From assembly GCA_963666565.1 (NCBI GenBank), contig OY762911.1, forward strand, positions 1,856,001 through 1,920,000: a DNA stretch of 64,000 nt, read 5' to 3'. The stretch comes from Thermoanaerobaculia bacterium (lineage in GTDB: Bacteria; Acidobacteriota; Thermoanaerobaculia; Multivoradales; Multivoraceae). The notes under the pieces are model-generated. The model was not told the DNA's origin. It did no database searches and saw only the letters and a list, made by a program, of their open reading frames with translations. Positions 39,959 to 49,103 of the stretch are shown one piece after another (position 1 is the stretch's first letter; each line of letters starts with the position of its first letter). The translations under genes and the position numbers were made by a program.

Positions 39959-40059
39959 CGGATACCCATGTTAGCGCCGGCAGGTCCGCTCTTCGCGGGA
40001 GGCGGGAGCGGGCGGTCGGGCTGCTATCCTCGCGGTTCCCGATCAGAGGAGGCAGTGTG

Positions 40060-40881
40060 ATGAAGCGGAGTCTCTCGGAACGGACGGTGTTGACGCTGCT
40101 CGCGGCGCTGGTGCTCGCGGCGGCGCCCACTGCGGCGCAGGACGCCGACTACAGGGCGCCGCGCACCCACGACGACAGGCCGGATCTCAACGGGATCTGG
40201 CAGGCGCTGGGCGCGGCCCACTGGGACATCGAACCGCACGCCGCTCGCCACGGTCCGGTGGTCGAGATGGCCGCTCTGGGCGCCGTTCCGGCCGGCCTGG
40301 GCGTGGTCGAAGGCGGAGAGATCCCCTACCTGCCGGAAGCGCTGGAGAAGCGCGACCGGAACCGGGCCGACTGGCTCGCGCTCGACCCGGCGGTCAAGTG
40401 CTACATGCCGGGCATCCCGCGCGCCAACTACATGCCCTTCCCGTTCCAGATCGTCCAGACGCCCGATCACGTCCTGATCGCCTACGAGTTCGCCAGCGCG
40501 AGCCGCGTGATCTACATGAACCGGGAGGGCTTCGAGGCTCCGTTCGACACCTGGATGGGGCACTCGATCGGGCGCTGGGAAGGGGAGACGCTGGTCGTCG
40601 ACGTGACGAGCCAGGTGCCCGATACCTGGCTCGATTCGAGCGGCAACCACCACACGGACGCGATCCACGTCGAGGAACGCTGGACGGCCATGAGCCCGTA
40701 CCACCTCCGGTACGAGGCGACGATCACCGACGAGAACGTCTACAGCCGGCCCTGGAAGATCAGCCTGCCGCTCTACCGACGGGTCGACCCGAACATGCAA
40801 CTGCTCGAGTTCAAGTGCGTCGAGTTCGCCGAGGAACTGATGTACGGTCACCTGCGCAAGGGAGCGGACTCGAGTCCCTGA
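40060..40881 (+). CDS. Conserved secreted hypothetical protein
   Basis: RBS GAGGAGG, signal peptide, RPDLNGIW, DPAVKC..PG.PR, WMGHSIGRWEGETLVVD and LLEFKC. Confidence 0.75.
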   Translation: MKRSLSERTVLTLLAALVLAAAPTAAQDADYRAPRTHDDRPDLNGIWQALGAAHWDIEPHAARHGPVVEMAALGAVPAGLGVVEGGEIPYLPEALEKRDRNRADWLALDPAVKCYMPGIPRANYMPFPFQIVQTPDHVLIAYEFASASRVIYMNREGFEAPFDTWMGHSIGRWEGETLVVDVTSQVPDTWLDSSGNHHTDAIHVEERWTAMSPYHLRYEATITDENVYSRPWKISLPLYRRVDPNMQLLEFKCVEFAEELMYGHLRKGADSSP

Positions 40882-40914
40882 CCTGCCGGCGCTGGCTAGA
40901 AGAGGAGAACAGCG

Positions 40915-41340
40915 ATGAAGTTCCAGCGAATCGTCCTGACGGCGGCGGCCCTCGCCCTGGCGCTCGCCGTTCCGCTCGCCGCCCATCACGCCTTCTCGGC
41001 CGAGTTCGACGCGGACCGGCCGCTGCAGCTTCGCGGCAAGGTGACGAAGATGGAGTGGATCAACCCCCACGCCTGGATCCACCTGGAGGTCGCGAACGAC
41101 GACGGCACGTTCACCGTCTGGATGGTCGAGGGCGGCACGCCGAACACGCTCGCCCGGCGCGGCTTCACGAAGAGGTCGCTCCTGCCCGGGACGGAGATCG
41201 TCGTCGACGGCTACCAGGCGAAGGACGGCTCGAACAAGGCGAACGGCCGCGACCTGACCTTCCCGGACGGCCGCAAGCTGTTCATGGGTTCCTCCGGCAC
41301 GGGCGCGCCGCGCGACGGCCGGGACCCGACCGAGCAGTAG
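40915..41340 (+). CDS. DUF6152-like secreted protein
   Basis: Signal peptide followed by AHHAFSAEFD, GKVTKMEWINPHAWI and W.VEGG.PN.L. Confidence 0.82.
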   Translation: MKFQRIVLTAAALALALAVPLAAHHAFSAEFDADRPLQLRGKVTKMEWINPHAWIHLEVANDDGTFTVWMVEGGTPNTLARRGFTKRSLLPGTEIVVDGYQAKDGSNKANGRDLTFPDGRKLFMGSSGTGAPRDGRDPTEQ

Positions 41341-41365
41341 CCGCCGCCGGGTGCCCGACCCGCCG

Positions 41366-41392
41366 CTGGGTGCGCGGGTCTCTCTGACCCGC
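41366..41392 (+). repeat. REP-like repeat copy
   Basis: CTGGGTGCGCGGGTCTCTCTGACCCGC just after the DUF6152-like stop. Confidence 0.75.
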
Positions 41393-41733
41393 CGCGGCCG
41401 CCGCAGGCGGCCGGAAGCACGCGCCGGCCGGAGGCCGCATCCGCCTTCGGCGCCGGATGAGGGGTTGGCGCCGGGCCTTGTTGGTCGCCATGCACAGTGG
41501 GCACGAAACGCCCTGCCTATTCGCCGCGCGCGGGGAGCGACCCAGCGCGGTGTGTCGACTGTTGTATTCGGCAGGAGACCCGGCTCGCAGGCCCACTGCG
41601 TTGACAACCAACGGCGGGAAGCTACCGTGCGGGTCGCTGGCGCGTCAAACCGGCTTCGCCCGCGGCGCGGCGTCTCCGCGGCGCGCGGCTCGGCGGCGTT
41701 TTCCGGTTGCCGGCCGGCCGGGCGCCATGGAGA

Positions 41734-42507
41734 CTACGGCGTCGGGATCAGGCTGGCCACGCCGGCCAGGGCGGCCAGGAAGGCCGTTGTCGCCGCCCAG
41801 AGGGTGCCGGCGATCAGAAAGCCCTTGCGTTCGGAAAGCCGAAACACGGCGGCGGCGCCGAGGCCGAGCAGAGCGACATGCCAGACGGTGAAGGGCGTGA
41901 TCCTCATCAGGACCGCTTCGAGCGCCCAGTTCCCGGTGGGAAACAGCAGGTTCAGGCCCGGCACGATCACCGCGTCCGCCAGTTCGGTGGGCGATGCGAT
42001 CCCCTCCGGGCCGCGGCCGCGCGAGAGCAGCGCGCTGACCAGACCGCCGAGCCACGCAACGACGCCTAGATGGACGGCGAGCGAGAAGGACTGTCCGAAG
42101 CTCCCTTCACCGCGGAACGCCGTTACCAGCAGCCAGACGACGAGCGCCTGGAAGAGCCAGGCGCCGATCAGGCTGAAGAGCCCGAACACGGTTCCCCCCA
42201 CGAGGATCACCGCGTTCAGACCGGGAAGCGCGTCGGCCATGTCCGCGAGAAGCGGTTCATCCGACACGCTTGGCCATGTCGCGAGGAACTGGACGGCGCT
42301 CAGGGCGAGGAGCAGCGCCGCGGCGCCGGCCCAGGGTCGATGCTCGCGGACGATCGCGAAGCTGCTTCGAGGGGAGACGACGATCCCGGCCAGGACCTTG
42401 AACCATGCCTGCCGCTCGGTTTCGGCGCCGCCGGCGTATGCGATCGGCTCGGCGCTTTCCGGACGGACGGCGGCTTCCTCTTCCATGCGCGTCGGATCCT
42501 CCACCAT
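41734..42507 (-). CDS. Yip1-family membrane protein
   Basis: GIVVSPRSSFAIVREHRPW, about 5 TM helices, F.QSFSL, TPFTVW and LSERKG. Confidence 0.8.
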   Translation of the reverse strand: MVEDPTRMEEEAAVRPESAEPIAYAGGAETERQAWFKVLAGIVVSPRSSFAIVREHRPWAGAAALLLALSAVQFLATWPSVSDEPLLADMADALPGLNAVILVGGTVFGLFSLIGAWLFQALVVWLLVTAFRGEGSFGQSFSLAVHLGVVAWLGGLVSALLSRGRGPEGIASPTELADAVIVPGLNLLFPTGNWALEAVLMRITPFTVWHVALLGLGAAAVFRLSERKGFLIAGTLWAATTAFLAALAGVASLIPTP

Positions 42508-42778
42508 GACGATTCCTCCTGCCTGCCGGCGGCCTCGCTCACCGACACGGTGACGGCGGTGGCGGCCGGCGCGCCGACCCCGGTCCATCGACCGGTTCTC
42601 GATCCGCGGACCATACTGGCACAGGGGCGACGGCGGACGGGCCGCCGGGCGCCGGCACGCCGGCGGCGGCCCGTCGACCGCCGTCGACGTGGAGCGCGCC
42701 TGATCGAAGCGAGCGCTCCGGCCTCTTCACCAGGGAGCGCGAAGGTCCGTCGTTGCCGCCATGCCGGTTCCGGTTCGG

Positions 42779-43558
42779 TTACGCCGGCAGGAGTCGGGAC
42801 GCCGTGGCGACCGACGCCGCGGCGAAGGCCGTCGTTGCCGCCCAGTAGACGGCCGCGAGCAACCAGCCCTTGCGCCGGGGCAGCTCGAACACCTGGGCCG
42901 CCCCTACGGCGAGCAGTACGACGAACCAGATCGTGAAGGGGTTGACGCTGGCGTAGAAGACGTTGAGGGCCGCGTTCTCGCCGGCCAGCAGCAGGTCGAG
43001 GCCCATCTGCGCCTGCAGGTCCAGCGGCGACCGGATCGCTTCGAACCCGCGGAGGTGGAGGAGGAGGAAGTTGGTCCAGTCCTTGACGTGAAGGACCAGA
43101 GCCAGATGGACCGTCAACGAGAGGGACTGGGCAAAGCGGAGTTGCCCCTGGAGCGCGATTGCCAGCAGCCAGACGAAAACCGTCTTGAGGACGAGTCCGA
43201 TGGCGAGGACCAGCGGGCCGGCTGCCATCGCCAGCCAGCGCGCCGCTCCGGCTGTCCGCTCGACCTGCGCCATCATGAGGTCGACCTGCTCCGGGCTGTC
43301 CGGCATCGTCTCCGTCAGTTGAGCCCGCGTCGCGTGGTTGTTCAGTGGCGCCGAGGCCGAGGCCAGGGCGGCGGTACCCGCCGCGAGCACAAGGAACGGC
43401 GCCAGCCACGGGCGGCGGCGGTGGATGACCTCGAAGCTCCGTCGGGGCGACGCGAAGATGCCGACCAGCGCCTCGAGCCATGCGTGCCGGCCTGGCGAGT
43501 CTTCGCCGCCGGTCTCGGCATGGCCTTCACCTTCGATGCTGCCGAAGCGCCCAGTCAT
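42779..43558 (-). CDS. Yip1-family membrane protein
   Basis: GIFASPRRSFEVIHRRRPW, FAQSLSL, NPFTIW and LPRRKG. Paralog of 41734-42507, with an ATGA overlap to the ABC ATPase. Confidence 0.82.
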   Translation of the reverse strand: MTGRFGSIEGEGHAETGGEDSPGRHAWLEALVGIFASPRRSFEVIHRRRPWLAPFLVLAAGTAALASASAPLNNHATRAQLTETMPDSPEQVDLMMAQVERTAGAARWLAMAAGPLVLAIGLVLKTVFVWLLAIALQGQLRFAQSLSLTVHLALVLHVKDWTNFLLLHLRGFEAIRSPLDLQAQMGLDLLLAGENAALNVFYASVNPFTIWFVVLLAVGAAQVFELPRRKGWLLAAVYWAATTAFAAASVATASRLLPA

Positions 43559-44340
43559 TCCGTGCTCCTGTTCCCGATCCAGGAGAGGCGGGAGAACCTC
43601 TCGCGTCTGGAGATGCCGAGAATGAGGTTCTCAAGCCGCCCGGCGCCGTCGTCTCCTTCGGCGGCCGGCAGTTCGCGGAATTCCTCGCGGGAGCACGACA
43701 GGAGGACCTTGCCGGCCCTGATGACGGCGATGTGGGTCGACACGCGCTCGACGTAGTCGAGCATGTGGGAGGTCAGGAAGACGGCCGTGCCCTGGTCGGC
43801 CATCTGCTGCAGGATCGACATGACGGTGCGCGCGCTCAGGGCGTCCATCCCCTCGAACGGCTCGTCGAGGAACAGGACCCTGGGCGCGTGGAGGGTCGCC
43901 GCCGCCAGACGGATCTTCTTCCTCATGCCGTGAGAGTAGGTCGTGATCGGCCGCTTGCCGGCTTCTTCCAGGTCGAAAACCGTGAGCGCCTCGTCCGTCC
44001 GCTGCCCGGCGTCCTCGCGGCTCAGGCCGTAGATCCGGGCGTACGAGAGCAGCAGCTCTTCGCCGGTCAGGCTCTCGAACAGGACGCTGTGGTCCGGCAC
44101 GATGCCGAGTTGCCGCTTGAGTTCCGCGTCGTTTACGTCCACCGGCTTACCGAGAAGCCGTACCGTGCCCTTCGTGGGCGTCACGACTCCGGTCAGCATC
44201 GACCAGGTCGTCGTCTTGCCGGCGCCGTTGGGGCCGACGAAGCCCAGAATCTGCCCCTCCCGGACCTCCAGGTCGACGCCGTCGACGACGACGTTGCCCC
44301 CGTAGGACCGGGTCAGGTTCTCTGCCTTGATTGCTTCCAT
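43555..44340 (-). CDS. ABC transporter ATP-binding protein
   Basis: Walker A GPNGAGKTT, signature YSHGMRKK, Walker B FLDEPF and H-loop TSH. RBS AAAGGA before ATG 44340. Confidence 0.92.
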   Translation of the reverse strand: MEAIKAENLTRSYGGNVVVDGVDLEVREGQILGFVGPNGAGKTTTWSMLTGVVTPTKGTVRLLGKPVDVNDAELKRQLGIVPDHSVLFESLTGEELLLSYARIYGLSREDAGQRTDEALTVFDLEEAGKRPITTYSHGMRKKIRLAAATLHAPRVLFLDEPFEGMDALSARTVMSILQQMADQGTAVFLTSHMLDYVERVSTHIAVIRAGKVLLSCSREEFRELPAAEGDDGAGRLENLILGISRRERFSRLSWIGNRSTE

Positions 44341-44432
44341 GCGTGGTTGTGTTCCTTTTGGTCGTAAGGGGCAGAAGATGTGTAGGGGCGGGAGACACAA
44401 GGGGCGGGGGCCAGCTGGTGCGGAGGGTTCAG

Positions 44433-46024
44433 CTAGTGCGGAGGGTCCTTGAGCAGGAGTTCGTGCGTCCGCGACTCGATTTCGCGCCGTTGGCGCGCCG
44501 TCGACGGTCGCCACGCCAGGGCCGAAAACGTGAGAGCGACGCCGGCGGCGATCGTGGCCATGAGCCCTCCGTTCCCGGGTCGCTCCAGTATCCGCGAGAC
44601 CAGGATCGCGAGTACGAGGAACGCCATTATGGGGAGGGTGGCGACAAAGCTCACCCCCAGGTTCTCTACCTCGAACTCCGTGGCGCCTCCGATCCTGCGC
44701 TTGGGCCAGTACAGTTGAACCAGGCCGTAGACCGCGTCGGCGACCAGCAAAAGGGCGGCGACCAGGGTTACAGCCAGAACTGAGAGTGTCCAGTTGCCCG
44801 GGCCGAAGTGAGCCAAACCGACGCCTGTCGCCAGAACGACGACCGGGATCGCCAGCAGCGCAGGTGCCCTGGCCGGTGCCCGAAAGATACGGAACGGCCT
44901 TAGCGGCAATGCGAGGGACTCACGCCAGACCTGGCAACTCGGAGGCGGTTTCTCGGTCCGAACGCCGTTGAGGAGGATGACCGTTACCAGAGCGGCGGTC
45001 ATCAGGCCGAGTACAGGGTCGACGGTGGTGTAGGTGGCGTACGCGAGGCAGATGACGTAGCACCATCTGACCCCCTTGGCGCGACATAGGCACTCGAGTT
45101 CGACGAGTGTCAGACAAGCGCCCGGCGACAACCGGCGACAACGGCGCAGGAGTCCCGCCAGGGCGTAACCGTCGAGGCCGTCCGCCGGTCTCCACCCGGG
45201 CGAGAGAGGAATTGGCGGAGCAGGAGTCGGTACTCGATCCAGGCGGTCGCCGCGAGAAGACACAGCAGAACTCCCAGTCGCAGGATGTTCGGTGCGAGCG
45301 CCCCGGGCGAGTCGATGATGGCGGCGAGGAGACCGGTAGGGGTGTAGCCCAGCGCGACGAGAACCTCCGCGTCGCGGACCGAAGCGGCGACCGCTTCGAG
45401 CTCGGCCTCGCCGTCCAGGACGCCGATGCCGACGCGGAGGGCCTGAATCGCCGCGACGATCAGGATGAACAGGCCGACCAGGCCGATCGTGCTTTCGACC
45501 AGCCGGTCCACGGTCAGGATGAGAATCGCTCCAAGCCGCCCGAGCAGCAGTGCCGTGGCTGCCAGACCGACGGTCGCCAGCAGGAAATCGACCAGCCCCT
45601 GGGGTCGGGTCGCGAGCAGGTAAAGCGCCGCGGGTCCGAGCCCGATCAACCAGTAGCCAGCCAGACTGAACCCGAGCCGCAGCATGTAGAGGTCCCTGTA
45701 GGCGGCTGGGAGCGGGAGGAACGGCTCTATGTCCAGGAGCCAGTTCACCGGAAGGCGCAGGACCACCTGGGCCAGCAACCACAGGAGAGTTGCAACGCCG
45801 GTGGCGAGGTTCAGCAGGTTGCGGCGTAGCGGTTCGTCCTCGATGCCGAAGAGAAGGGAGAGCAGCGGCACCGTCGCGGCAGTGGCAACGACAAGGTAGA
45901 TCAGGGCGATGCCGACGGCAACGACTTGCGTCTGATCGCGTCGCTTCAGGGCGCCGGGAAGAGCTAGCCTACCCAGTGTCAGCAGCAGGTCCGCCCGGCT
46001 TCCGGGCTTCGTCAGTACGGCCAT
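44433..46024 (-). pseudogene. Putative ABC permease split by a single-base frameshift (or sequencing error) near 45161-45163
   Basis: The N-half (ORF 45110..46024) and C-half (end of ORF 44433..45782) each align to consecutive parts of the intact paralog at 34186-35799. Confidence 0.7.
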
Positions 46025-46401
46025 TGGATCCTCGTGTCGCGGCGTCCAGTTCTGGAAGGCGGGCAGGCGCCTGGACTGGCGGCGGGCCCGGCTGGTTGCG
46101 GAGCACAGAGGGAACGAGACCCCCCGCCGCCTCGCCTGACGAAGGGAGCGACCCTAGGTCCCGGGGCGACGGCCAAGTCCGGCAGGGGATCCGAGTAGCG
46201 GGCCCACTGCGCCTTTGGCAACCAACGGACGGACGCTAGCGCGCCGGAGTGGCGTCCGTCAAACGCACTTGCCCCGTAGAACGGGAGAGGAACGATGGCC
46301 CCGAAGGAGCCGCGTGAGATCGACCCGCTGACGGGTGCTTCGGTCTCCTTCGTTGCCATCGAAGCCTCTCCACGGTGTTCTACGGTGGTTGAATACCCGG
46401 C

Positions 46402-46695
46402 CTACTTGCAGAAGACCAGGGCAATTGGCGCGTACGCTCCGCCGATGGCGAGACCGGCGCCGCCGGTTGCGGCGCCAACACCGAGGGCGACGAAACTGAA
46501 GCCGAGGACGGCGGTGATGCACCCCAACTTCCCTCCTCCGGTGGTTGCCGCGAGAAGCGGTTCACTGGCGCGCTCGATCTCGGCCGGGGTACCGAAGTCC
46601 GGGATCCCAAGGCGAGAACCGTTGTCGCCCACCGCTGGAGCGAGAGCGAACACGAAGGTGAGGAGAAGGGTTGCGGCTACTGCTTTCTTGGACAT
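46402..46695 (-). CDS. Bacteriocin-like precursor 1 (signal peptide + double-glycine leader + 43-aa Gly/Ala-rich core with 2 Cys)
   Basis: RBS AAAGGA. MSKK plus a hydrophobic stretch, then ...ASEPLLAATTGG|GKLGC...VFCK. Confidence 0.75.
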   Translation of the reverse strand: MSKKAVAATLLLTFVFALAPAVGDNGSRLGIPDFGTPAEIERASEPLLAATTGGGKLGCITAVLGFSFVALGVGAATGGAGLAIGGAYAPIALVFCK

Positions 46696-46767
46696 GTCGT
46701 TCCTTTCAGGTTTGGTTCAGAGTGTGTCGGTTGTTGGGTTGGGTTCTTCAGGACAGGCGGATCGCGG

Positions 46768-47103
46768 TCAGGCGAACATCGCGCAGGCGACTCCGACGAC
46801 GCCGAGGCCGATGCCGACAGGCGCCAGGACGCCGCTCAGGGCCAGGGCCAGGCCGGCTCCCGCGGCGGCGCCGCAGGTCGCCTCGACCGCCGGCCCCGAA
46901 CCCGTGGTCAGGGCAAGGCCCTCGGCGCTCATGCGATGCTGGCCGAAGTCCGTGACGCGCGACGGAGGCGACGCCGTCTGCACGGCATGGTCTCCGGCGG
47001 TGCCGAGTCGATCAGCTGTCTGGTCGACCGGGCTGTCCGGTTGACCGGCAGATGCGGCCATCAGTGCGCCGCACGTGAGAATGGAAAGAAGAGTCTTCGT
47101 CAT
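46768..47103 (-). CDS. Bacteriocin-like precursor 2 (signal peptide + GS-type double-glycine leader + 42-aa core with 2 Cys)
   Basis: RBS AAGGAG. MTKTLLSILTCGALMAASA, then ...MSAEGLALTTGS|GPAVEATC...VACAMFA. Confidence 0.72.
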   Translation of the reverse strand: MTKTLLSILTCGALMAASAGQPDSPVDQTADRLGTAGDHAVQTASPPSRVTDFGQHRMSAEGLALTTGSGPAVEATCGAAAGAGLALALSGVLAPVGIGLGVVGVACAMFA

Positions 47104-47163
47104 GGGTGGTGCTCCTTTTCTTCGATTGGTTTTGTTTTCGGAAGAGATCGCAACTGCGCCGAG

Positions 47164-47484
47164 CTAGAACGGCACCGGACAGGGGAACGGGATCGGGAAC
47201 GGAGTCGGTAGCGGCATGGGCAGGGGAGGCCTGGGCCACGGGATCGGCATCGGACAGCCGGGCTGCGGAATGCAGCCGCAGGGCCAGTAGACGGCCAGTT
47301 CGACGTGTTCCGGCGCGATGTCCAATGCGCCGAGCGCGTAGCCGGCCGGCGCCTCGAACGACTCGAGATCCCATCCGGCCGCGAGTTCGTCGCCGCCGGA
47401 AACCGGCGCTTCGCCGGTGGTCGGGGTCGCCATCGCCGCGCCGGCGAGGAAGAGGGTTGCAAGGAAGGCGATGCGGTACTTCAT
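47164..47484 (-). CDS. Small secreted protein with a Cys/Pro-rich (xP)n C-terminus
   Basis: RBS AAGGAG and ATGA coupling to the C39 peptidase. Signal peptide ending AMA. Tail WPCGCIPQPGCPMPIPWPRPPLPMPLPTPFPIPFPCPVPF. Confidence 0.72.
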   Translation of the reverse strand: MKYRIAFLATLFLAGAAMATPTTGEAPVSGGDELAAGWDLESFEAPAGYALGALDIAPEHVELAVYWPCGCIPQPGCPMPIPWPRPPLPMPLPTPFPIPFPCPVPF

Positions 47485-48101
47485 TGTGGGTTTGCTCCTT
47501 CAGGAGTTGTGGGTTGTGGTGAAACGGACGGCGTTCCCGCCGTCCGCGAGATCGGTGAGGGGCCGCCGGTGAAGGCGAGGACGATGCCGTCCCAGGAGCG
47601 GTCGAACGTTCGTGGGCTCATCCGCAGGCGGCCGATGGACGGATCGTCGACGACGAGTTCGTCGCCGGCGGTGCGGATGACGACGAAGTGGTCGCCGTGG
47701 ACGTGGGCGATCGCCGGGAGCGGAATCTCGCCGAGGCGGTCGATCGGCAGGTGGAAGCCCTGGCTCGTCACGCCCCGCCGCTCGGCGGCTCGCTTGATCG
47801 CCAGAAGGCTGGTGCCGTCCGGTCCGGTTCCGGTGGCGGCTTCGAGTTCGGCGAGCGTCGAGTCGCCGACGCCCCAGTGGTCGAGGACCATCTTCAGCGC
47901 GGCCGGTCCGCAGTCGGTACGGTTCTGCTGGCGAACGACCTCGCCCTCGGCCGACGCCGACGGGTCGAGCGACGCGGCCCAGGCGAGCCGGTCGATCGTC
48001 GGTCCGACGGCCCGGACCGCGACCGTCGCGAGGCCGGCCGCGAGCACCAGGCCGGCGGCGGCGATGTGCCGCCGGCGAACCCTGAGTCGCTCAGCGCGCA
48101 T
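47481..48101 (-). CDS. Stand-alone C39-family cysteine peptidase with N-terminal signal/TM anchor
   Basis: QQNRTDCGPAALKMVL (Q/C), GTSL, DHFVVI (H), DDPSIG (D) and FDRSWDG. No ABC domain is fused. Confidence 0.88.
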   Translation of the reverse strand: MRAERLRVRRRHIAAAGLVLAAGLATVAVRAVGPTIDRLAWAASLDPSASAEGEVVRQQNRTDCGPAALKMVLDHWGVGDSTLAELEAATGTGPDGTSLLAIKRAAERRGVTSQGFHLPIDRLGEIPLPAIAHVHGDHFVVIRTAGDELVVDDPSIGRLRMSPRTFDRSWDGIVLAFTGGPSPISRTAGTPSVSPQPTTPEGANPQ

Positions 48102-48597
48102 CGTTCGCGGCCTCCAGAAAGGAACGCCACGCGGTTTCCGGGCGTTCTCCGGTGACGACGGCGCGGACCCGGGACCGCCCGTCTACCAGGAACACGAGCG
48201 GTACGTGGATGACGCCGAAGCGCCTGGAGAGGGCGGCGTCCGGGTCGGCGACGGTGTGGGCGATGCCATCGACCTTCGGCGCTTCCTGGCCGGCCCCGGC
48301 GACGACCGCGATGAGATCGAAGGACTCGCCCCCGACCTGCGCCATGCGCCGCAGCGTCGTGATCGTGCGGTCGCAGTTGCCGCAGCCGGCCCTGGCGAAG
48401 ACGACGACCCGCGGCCGTTCTCGGGAGACCGGCAGGAGTTCGCCGTCCGCGAGTCCGGGCAGGGCCGGGAACGCCGCGCCGACCTTGGGGCGCTGAGCCT
48501 CTCGCGCGGCCAGGCTGGACTGGAACCAGATCAGGCCACCGACCGGGACGGCGACGGCGACGACGACCGCGGCGGCGGCCAGCCGGCGACGGTTCAT
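48091..48597 (-). CDS. Membrane-anchored thioredoxin-fold redoxin (TlpA/ResA-like)
   Basis: N-terminal TM, VGAAFP, VVVFARAGCGNC (CxxC), DPDAALSRRFGV and cis-Pro motif VP. Confidence 0.8.
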   Translation of the reverse strand: MNRRRLAAAAVVVAVAVPVGGLIWFQSSLAAREAQRPKVGAAFPALPGLADGELLPVSRERPRVVVFARAGCGNCDRTITTLRRMAQVGGESFDLIAVVAGAGQEAPKVDGIAHTVADPDAALSRRFGVIHVPLVFLVDGRSRVRAVVTGERPETAWRSFLEAANDAR

Positions 48598-48993
48598 CGT
48601 CCGCGCCCCTGGCCGAGGCCGGCCGCTCCGGCGCGCGTTCCCGGCCGCGCCGGGGCGTAGAGCATGGAGACGAGCGGCGCGGACCGCGGCCCCAGCAGGC
48701 GGAAGGCGCGCGTCAGGCGCGCTTCGAGTGCCCCGGCCGGCGACTCGGAGAGCCGGGGGTTCCAGCCGCGCACCCGGGGGCGGGCGCGCCGCCCGGCCCC
48801 GGCCTGGATCGAGGCGGCGCCGAGCGGATTCGGAACGTTGCCGGCGGCGTCCGGCCTGTCGAGACGGGGCCGCGAGGCAGGTTGACGGAGAGTCGAGGCA
48901 AGGTTCGGGGAGGTCATTGTCCGCTCCAGGTGCTTCAGTCGAGGTCGGCGCCGTTGGAGTTCGGCTGCCGCGTGTATCGACTAAGACGCAAAT

Positions 48994-49027
48994 GGCCTCC
49001 GGAACCCGGTATCGGGTTCCGGAGGCC
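48994..49027 (-). terminator. Hairpin, probable terminator of the SNF2 gene
   Basis: GGCCTCCGGAACCCG-gtat-CGGGTTCCGGAGGCC forms a 15-bp stem. It is followed on the minus strand by a weak T tract (ATTTG). Confidence 0.55.
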
Positions 49028-49068
49028 CTCTGGAGGCCGGCGGGCTTCTACCGTTCGCGCAGTGCTCG

Positions 49069-49094
49069 GCGGGTCAGAAAACCCGCGTACCCGG
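49069..49094 (-). repeat. REP-like repeat copy (variant)
   Basis: The reverse strand reads CCGGGTACGCGGGTTTTCTGACCCGC, just after the SNF2 stop. Confidence 0.7.
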
Positions 49095-49103
49095 CGCCCG
49101 GCG

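Noticed and set aside
41734-48597. Lanthipeptide, sactipeptide or YcaO-type RiPP assignment for the peptide cluster
   Set aside because: No LanB/C/M, radical SAM or YcaO enzyme is present. Only proteolysis and disulfide chemistry are supported.
48594-48917. 107-aa ORF upstream of the redoxin with an ATGA overlap
   Set aside because: It has low complexity and no motif or clear RBS, so it may simply be the cluster's leader/promoter region. Not called as a gene, though not excluded.
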